A stretch of 64,000 bases of DNA from a virus. Taxonomy: Duplodnaviria > Caudoviricetes. Where the stretch lies: the IMG/VR virus record IMGVR_UViG_3300042554_001750; one strand, 5' to 3'. The notes beneath the pieces were generated by a model, which worked only from the letters and a program-made list of their open reading frames with translations, was not told the DNA's origin and ran no database searches. Numbering within the stretch: the stretch's first letter is position 1; every line of letters starts with the position of its first letter. The translations under genes were made by a program, and so were the position numbers. This document shows positions 63,466 through 64,000 of the stretch, piece by piece.

Positions 63466-64000
63466 ATGATATTTAGCAAAAGAAATTATCCTTCAGGATA
63501 TTATGTTTATATCTACCTAAGAGAAGACGGTACGCCGTATTATGTCGGAAAGGGTAGTAAAGGCAGAGCGTGGTCTCTAAATCATAGAATAAAGCCGCCG
63601 CACGATACTAACAAGATTCTCATAACCCATTATGGTCTTACTGAATTATGGGCATTAGCAATGGAACGTTGGTATATTCGCTGGTATGGGCGCAAAGACT
63701 TGTGTACCGGTATTTTGAGAAACATGACCGAGGGAGGTGATGGATCTCCGAAGAGAAAATACAAGCCATTATCAGAACAAGATAAGAAAAAGAAAAGTCA
63801 AGCATCATATAAGAGATGGGCTGAGTGGCGAGGGCCAGATCCAAAGAATATTAGTATTGGTAGGTCAGGCGTCACACCGAAGGGTCATTCGTCAATGATT
63901 GGTAGTGAAAATCATAAAAAGAAGATGCTGGAAAAGTACGGTGTTACTAACCCGTCTTTGGTTCCTGCCATCAGAGAACGAAAAAGGGGTTCCGGAAACG
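63466..64000 (+). CDS. GIY-YIG homing endonuclease-like protein, 3'-truncated (not in ORF track)
   Basis: MIFSKRNYPSGYYVYIYLREDGTPYYVGKG..RAW...E...I..YGRKD..TG.LRNMTEGGDG; open to the window end; AAGGA SD. Confidence 0.85.
   Translation, partial: MIFSKRNYPSGYYVYIYLREDGTPYYVGKGSKGRAWSLNHRIKPPHDTNKILITHYGLTELWALAMERWYIRWYGRKDLCTGILRNMTEGGDGSPKRKYKPLSEQDKKKKSQASYKRWAEWRGPDPKNISIGRSGVTPKGHSSMIGSENHKKKMLEKYGVTNPSLVPAIRERKRGSGN

Noticed and set aside
1-64000. Stop-codon reassignment (seen in some large phages)
   Set aside because: Core genes (polB, dnaK, clpA, sheath) are full length in the standard code, and TAA, TGA and TAG all occur as terminal stops.
1-64000. CRISPR array or tRNA genes
   Set aside because: I saw no regularly spaced repeat-spacer units and no convincing cloverleaf with T-loop and CCA; 21455-21561 was examined and is not a tRNA.

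Overview
This is a gene-dense, AT-rich segment of a large T4-like (contractile-tailed) bacteriophage genome. It uses the standard genetic code, and almost all genes are on the minus strand. A betaproteobacterial-like DnaK tentatively suggests an aquatic proteobacterial host. (1) 0.6-15.5 kb: a 7-deazaguanine DNA-modification region (folE, queD, queE, a QueD-paralogue/DpdL-like protein and a TGT/DpdA-like transglycosylase; no queC in the window). It is translationally coupled to two GT-B glycosyltransferases, a GalE-like epimerase, a cytidylyltransferase and a DadA-like FAD oxidoreductase, and has a switch-like RNA structure in the queD leader. (2) 15.5-20.3 kb: sliding clamp, family B DNA polymerase, DsbA-like protein and TilS. 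(3) 20.3-30 kb: ORFs starting with a T4 capsid-targeting-like peptide (MRxxEF/IxxE) and built of shuffled modules separated by x-x-E sites, i.e. putative protease-processed virion polyproteins. (4) 30-41.9 kb: ClpA, DnaJ, holin, PhoH, clamp loader, YccA, GroES and a stand-alone DnaE fragment. (5) 41.9-64 kb: baseplate/fibre genes, GH19 lysin, head completion nuclease, tail tube, a very large tail sheath, dNMP kinase, neck protein, MazG and a GIY-YIG endonuclease. T4-type late promoter boxes ((T/G)ATAAATA) and sigma70 promoters recur, often positioned to give leaderless mRNAs or to escape RBS-sequestering hairpins. All calls come from reading motifs by eye; no database searches were run.
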